DNA from: an uncultured Pelagibacteraceae bacterium
Lineage (GTDB): Bacteria > Pseudomonadota > Alphaproteobacteria > Pelagibacterales > Pelagibacteraceae
Length of the DNA stretch: 64,000 bases
Direction of reading: 5' to 3'
Assembly (NCBI GenBank): GCA_902600245.1
Contig: CACKIQ010000001.1
Span: 835 to 64,834, forward strand
A model generated the notes under the pieces. That model was not told where the DNA came from, did no database searches, and worked only from the letters and a program-made list of their open reading frames with translations. Below, piece after piece: positions 59,984-64,000 of this stretch (its first letter is position 1; each line of letters opens with the position of its first letter). Both the position numbers and the translations under genes were made by a program.

Positions 59984-60499
59984 ATGAAAATTTTACTTCA
60001 GTTATTCACCATATTTATGTTTTCAACTTCATTTACTAGTTCATATGCATGTGAATTTTTAAAAATTCAAAATGGCACACCTATACAAAATATTTTACAG
60101 CAATACCAAGATTTAGATGATCCAATGTCTATAGGAACAGATAAAGGGATATGGGAAGTTCAATACTCTGCATCAAATTTTTGTAATGAAGAAGAATTAG
60201 ATGATGCAGGATTGAGTGTCATAACAAATGATACAAAAATAGTAGGTATTAAGCTGGAAACATCTTACATGAGTGAGGATAAAGAAAAATTATATAGATA
60301 TACATCTAAAAACTTTGGGTCAATCGACAGTAAAGTAACTAAAAATAATTGGACAGGTTTTTTCCGATTAGATTTACCAGGTAATTATATTGTATATGAG
60401 AGAGATACGTATGATGGGCAAATATACGAAAAATTGTTAATTACTATCCCAACTAAAATTGATGATGTCTATAATGAAGGTTTAAGAGAATATATGTAA
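59984..60499 (+). CDS. Secreted hypothetical protein in the pilus locus
   Basis: Signal peptide (SYA|C); lies between pilX and pilY1. Confidence 0.7.
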   Translation: MKILLQLFTIFMFSTSFTSSYACEFLKIQNGTPIQNILQQYQDLDDPMSIGTDKGIWEVQYSASNFCNEEELDDAGLSVITNDTKIVGIKLETSYMSEDKEKLYRYTSKNFGSIDSKVTKNNWTGFFRLDLPGNYIVYERDTYDGQIYEKLLITIPTKIDDVYNEGLREYM

Positions 60500-60501
60500 T
60501 T

Positions 60502-63500
60502 ATGAATAAAATTTTAAAAATATTGGTATTTATAATTTTAAATCTAACCTTTTATAGTTTAGCAATTTCAAAACCATTGCCACCTGGGTCTGGATCAGGC
60601 GATGTCCCAGCAAATATTTTAATTCTTCTTGATAGTTCTTTAAGCATGAATAATAAACTTGGGGACGGGTTACCTGATGTAGCTGCATCAACAATTGATA
60701 CAAGAAATGGAAATAAGATTATTTCTTCTGCAAAAAAAAATAAAGGTGGATTATTCTTGTATAATTCTGCTGGAGAACAAATAGATTTTCAAGGAACTAA
60801 AAGATCAGATGGTTCATCATATACAGTGGAAAAGTGGAAACCAGAAAATAACACCGACACCCAATGCGATTATCATATAAAAGGAGATACCATTGAGGAA
60901 AACAAGCCATTAAAAAAAAGTGAAAAGATACATAATGTAATGTTTAAAGATAATTTTACGTTTAAAAATAAAAACGGTACAACTTTAATTGACTCAGAAC
61001 CTTTAATTTTTTACCTCCAATGGGATAGTAATGAAGGACGAGTTATTGCATTAAATGCAGACACCTTACAATGTAGATTAAGTATCGGTGGGGATAAATT
61101 AAAAAAATTATACAGTTTTGATTTTTCAACTACAAAAAAAGGAGATGAGTTTATAAGCATAATGGCATCTGGAGGAATGAAAAAGAAAGCGAATGAATCT
61201 GGAACTCTTTTAACTTGTAATTTTGCAAAGGGAAAATGTGTGCAACAGAGCGGTAGAAAAAATTCAGGTCTTTATCGCGAATTAAATAAAGGAAGGAGAA
61301 TGGTCATCGACTCTGCTGCTGACTATATTTATTTTTTACAAGGTGGGGATATATACCGCTACAATTTAACGGAAACAGATTTTCCTATAGTTGTTGGGTC
61401 TGGTATGACAATACCACCAGAGAGTTCATGCGTTACTCATAAGGGAGCAGATATAAGCAATAGAGTGATGTATGCAACAGATATTGATGTATCAAGCACT
61501 GATGATAGTATTTTTTTCATTAGCTCAAGTATGTATTTTAGAGTTCAAAAAATACAATATGCTCCTTCTGCATGTACACTGTTAACTGCTTTAGGAAAAG
61601 AAAGTCTTAGTGAAAATTTAGAGTCAGCAGGGACTTTAGCAGCTGATGATGTAAGAATTTCTGCTGGAGGTTACGGAATAGAAGTTATAGATAACAAAGT
61701 TCTGTTAACACATGGATCATTTGTAGACGAATTTAATGAAACTTTGTTTACAAGTGCGAATATAGATACAGCTTGGCGAAATCAAGTGGGTGGTGGAAAA
61801 GAAACAAGGTGGTCGGGAGCTAAAAAAGCAATTGCGACAATACTTTCAGACACTACTTTAACTCAAGGAGCACATTTTGGATTTGGTTATTGGAATGCTG
61901 GAGCAGGAGGAACTACTGGTAAACAATGTGATAAAGGAGGCACCGATTGTAATTATTATCAAGGATGGAATGGAAGTCATCCTGACGGACAGTCGGTTGA
62001 ATGCACAATGGACTCGTGTTTAAAGGTTGGGATAAGTGCAGAAGGAGCTTCAAAAAATTATACCTCAATTAGGTCTTATTCAACTTGCGTATGGAACTGA
62101 CTCACATGCTTGGTCTAAGATGGCATCTGATTATTGGAATAACGATAATACTGCATTCGACCCGGAGTCTACGTGTCAATTAAATTATGTAATTGTCATA
62201 AGCGATGGAAGAATGAGAAATCACGGTATACCCAAAGAGATATATGATCACGATAAAAATCATTTGGGAAAAACCTCAGATACTATTGTTGCCCTTAGAG
62301 AAAATTTGGGGTGTTAAAACTTTAATGGTAGCCTATGGAGATGGGATAACAGATATGGGTCAAACTATATTTGATGAATTAGCCTGGAAAGGATCTTGTG
62401 ATCAAAAAGGAGATGCAGATTGTGAACCAACTATTGTAGCTAAAACTGGTGTTCAATTAAAAACTCAACTTGCACAAAAAATTCGTCAAATATTAGCCCA
62501 AAAATTAGCTTTTACAGCTCCATCAATAACAGCAACTGTTCAGGAAGGTGGTTCTATTTATCAAGCACAATTTGAATATCAACAGGATCGTGAGTGGCAA
62601 GGAACTTTAACAAGATTGTCGGTTGGTGGCGAAGATGATGATTATGAAGTAGATTTTTCAACATCAGAAGAGAAAAAAGAAAACTGGGATGCAGCTAAAA
62701 TGATATTGGAGCAGACTTCTGAAAAATTTTCTACTTTAACGCTTGATGGCGAGGATGATGATAGAAAGATATGGACTGTTTTCCCAAATAGTAATTATAT
62801 TGGCAGTTGGGATAATGTTAAAAAAGAAAATTTTGCTGAAATAAAAAATTTGATGACAAGACTTGGTTATCAAATTGTAGATTACCATAATTCTTCATCT
62901 ACATGTTCAACAGTTGGAGTGAATGGTACAGATGATGAGGTAATTGGACTTATTAATTTCATCAATGGTTCTGATTATTTTGATTATAATGGAGATTGTG
63001 TAATTACTGAGAGAAGAGATCATGTTCTTGGTGATATCTATCATTCACAGCCAATTGAAATTGGACCCCCAAATGCAACTCTTGCTTATAGATCTAATAA
63101 TGAGGAAGCTTATTTCAGAGCTATTAATAACTATGCTGGATTTAAAAATTCACAAGCTAACAGAGACTCTATTATATATGCTGGATCTAATAGCGGATTA
63201 CTTCACGCGATATGTGCAAAAGATAATTCTTACTGTGAGGGCGGTGAAGAGGCATGGGCATTTTTACCACCATTTGTTGCTGGGAAATTACCTCTTTTAA
63301 TAAACAAAGATTTAGATGGCAATAGTGGTAAAAATAAAAATTCAGGGGGGTCTAATGCGATCTTTGGTGTTGACGGATCGCCTGTAGTTCAGGATGTTTT
63401 TATTAGGGGGCTAAAACCAGATGGAGAAATTGAGGATGATCCATCCTGGCATACAATATTAATTGTTCCATACGGCAGAGGAGGATCAGGTTTTTCAGTT

Positions 63501-64000
63501 TTAGATGTGACTAATCCTTACATTACAGGAGATGTTGGACCACTTCATATGTTTTCGGTCTATAACGATTACATAAATAATAGTATCTATGTAATTAACA
63601 AAGATGGTGTACTCGTTCAAGACATAGAATATACAAGTTTTGATGTGAATATTGCTGACTCTAGAGAAGCAGCTAGAGCTGATTCTAACTATGAAGATGC
63701 AGAAACTGAAGATGGTGGTGAAGACAGCCAAACCTTTACTAGAAGAGATCAAATTGGTGATTGTACAGCTTGGGATCACGAAACGAATGGAGAGTTTTAT
63801 AACAGCGGTACTTCATCATGTTATCAGGGAAGAAAGTTCACATTCGAAGACGTAAGCTTTCCGGGTATTGAGGATGATACTCCTTTACCTTCTGATACTA
63901 TACTGGTTAGTCAAATTGTTGATGGAATAAATCAGCCATTAAAATATGACGATGCAAGAGTTATTGATGGTAATTTGATATTAACTTTACCTAATGTAGA
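60502..64000 (+). pseudogene. pilY1: PilY1/PilC-type pilus tip adhesin with vWA domain; two +1 frameshifts (about 62052-62057 and 62308-62311); 3' partial
   Basis: Frame 1: signal peptide, ILLDSSLSM (MIDAS), HFGFGYW. Frame 2: VIVISDG. Frame 3 is open to the window end with LGDIYHSQP, YAGSNSGLLHA, GEEAWAFLP and FGVDGSP. Removing one A from A6 and one G from G4 gives one continuous ORF. Could be a sequencing error rather than a true pseudogene. Confidence 0.8.

Noticed and set aside
6090-63855. About 30 short alternative-frame or antisense ORFs in the track (e.g. 9010-9264, 17602-17907, 22557-22841, 36921-37385, 53140-53421, 63022-63300, 63501-63779)
   Set aside because: They lie within well-supported genes, show no recognisable motifs and look like shadow ORFs
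1-64000. CRISPR arrays, tRNA/rRNA genes, IS elements, known riboswitches (SAM-V, glycine, TPP)
   Set aside because: I found no regularly spaced repeats, cloverleaf motifs, transposase ORFs or recognisable riboswitch cores in the few short intergenic regions; an Infernal and tRNAscan run would be needed to exclude them formally

Overview
Very AT-rich, gene-dense bacterial DNA with tiny or overlapping intergenic gaps. Gene content and style point to a streamlined marine alphaproteobacterium of the SAR11/Pelagibacterales type; this is inferred, since no rRNA marker is present. From start to end: the tail of a LysR regulator; a Fur-boxed Fe(III) ABC operon (sfuC/B/A-like) interrupted by a small Cys-motif ORF, a GC-rich stem-loop and a peroxiredoxin; azlCD; a persulfide dioxygenase-like gene and a cytochrome b561/c' pair; a ~16 kb sugar-acid catabolic island (UxaA, IlvD/Edd, TRAP, GarR-like, SDR, FAH, Gci-like enolase, lactonase) ending in PEP carboxylase; housekeeping genes; an array of small uncharacterised genes; cysE-cysK; an uncharacterised ABC + MetE-like + tandem SnoaL + cupin cluster; a second sugar ABC system with a GH63 hydrolase; pta-hpsN-rhodanese; and a type IVa pilus locus (pilT, minor pilins, pilY1 with two +1 homopolymer frameshifts) that runs off the end. 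I saw no tRNA, rRNA, CRISPR array, integrase or transposase. All product calls come from motif recognition by eye, not from database searches.
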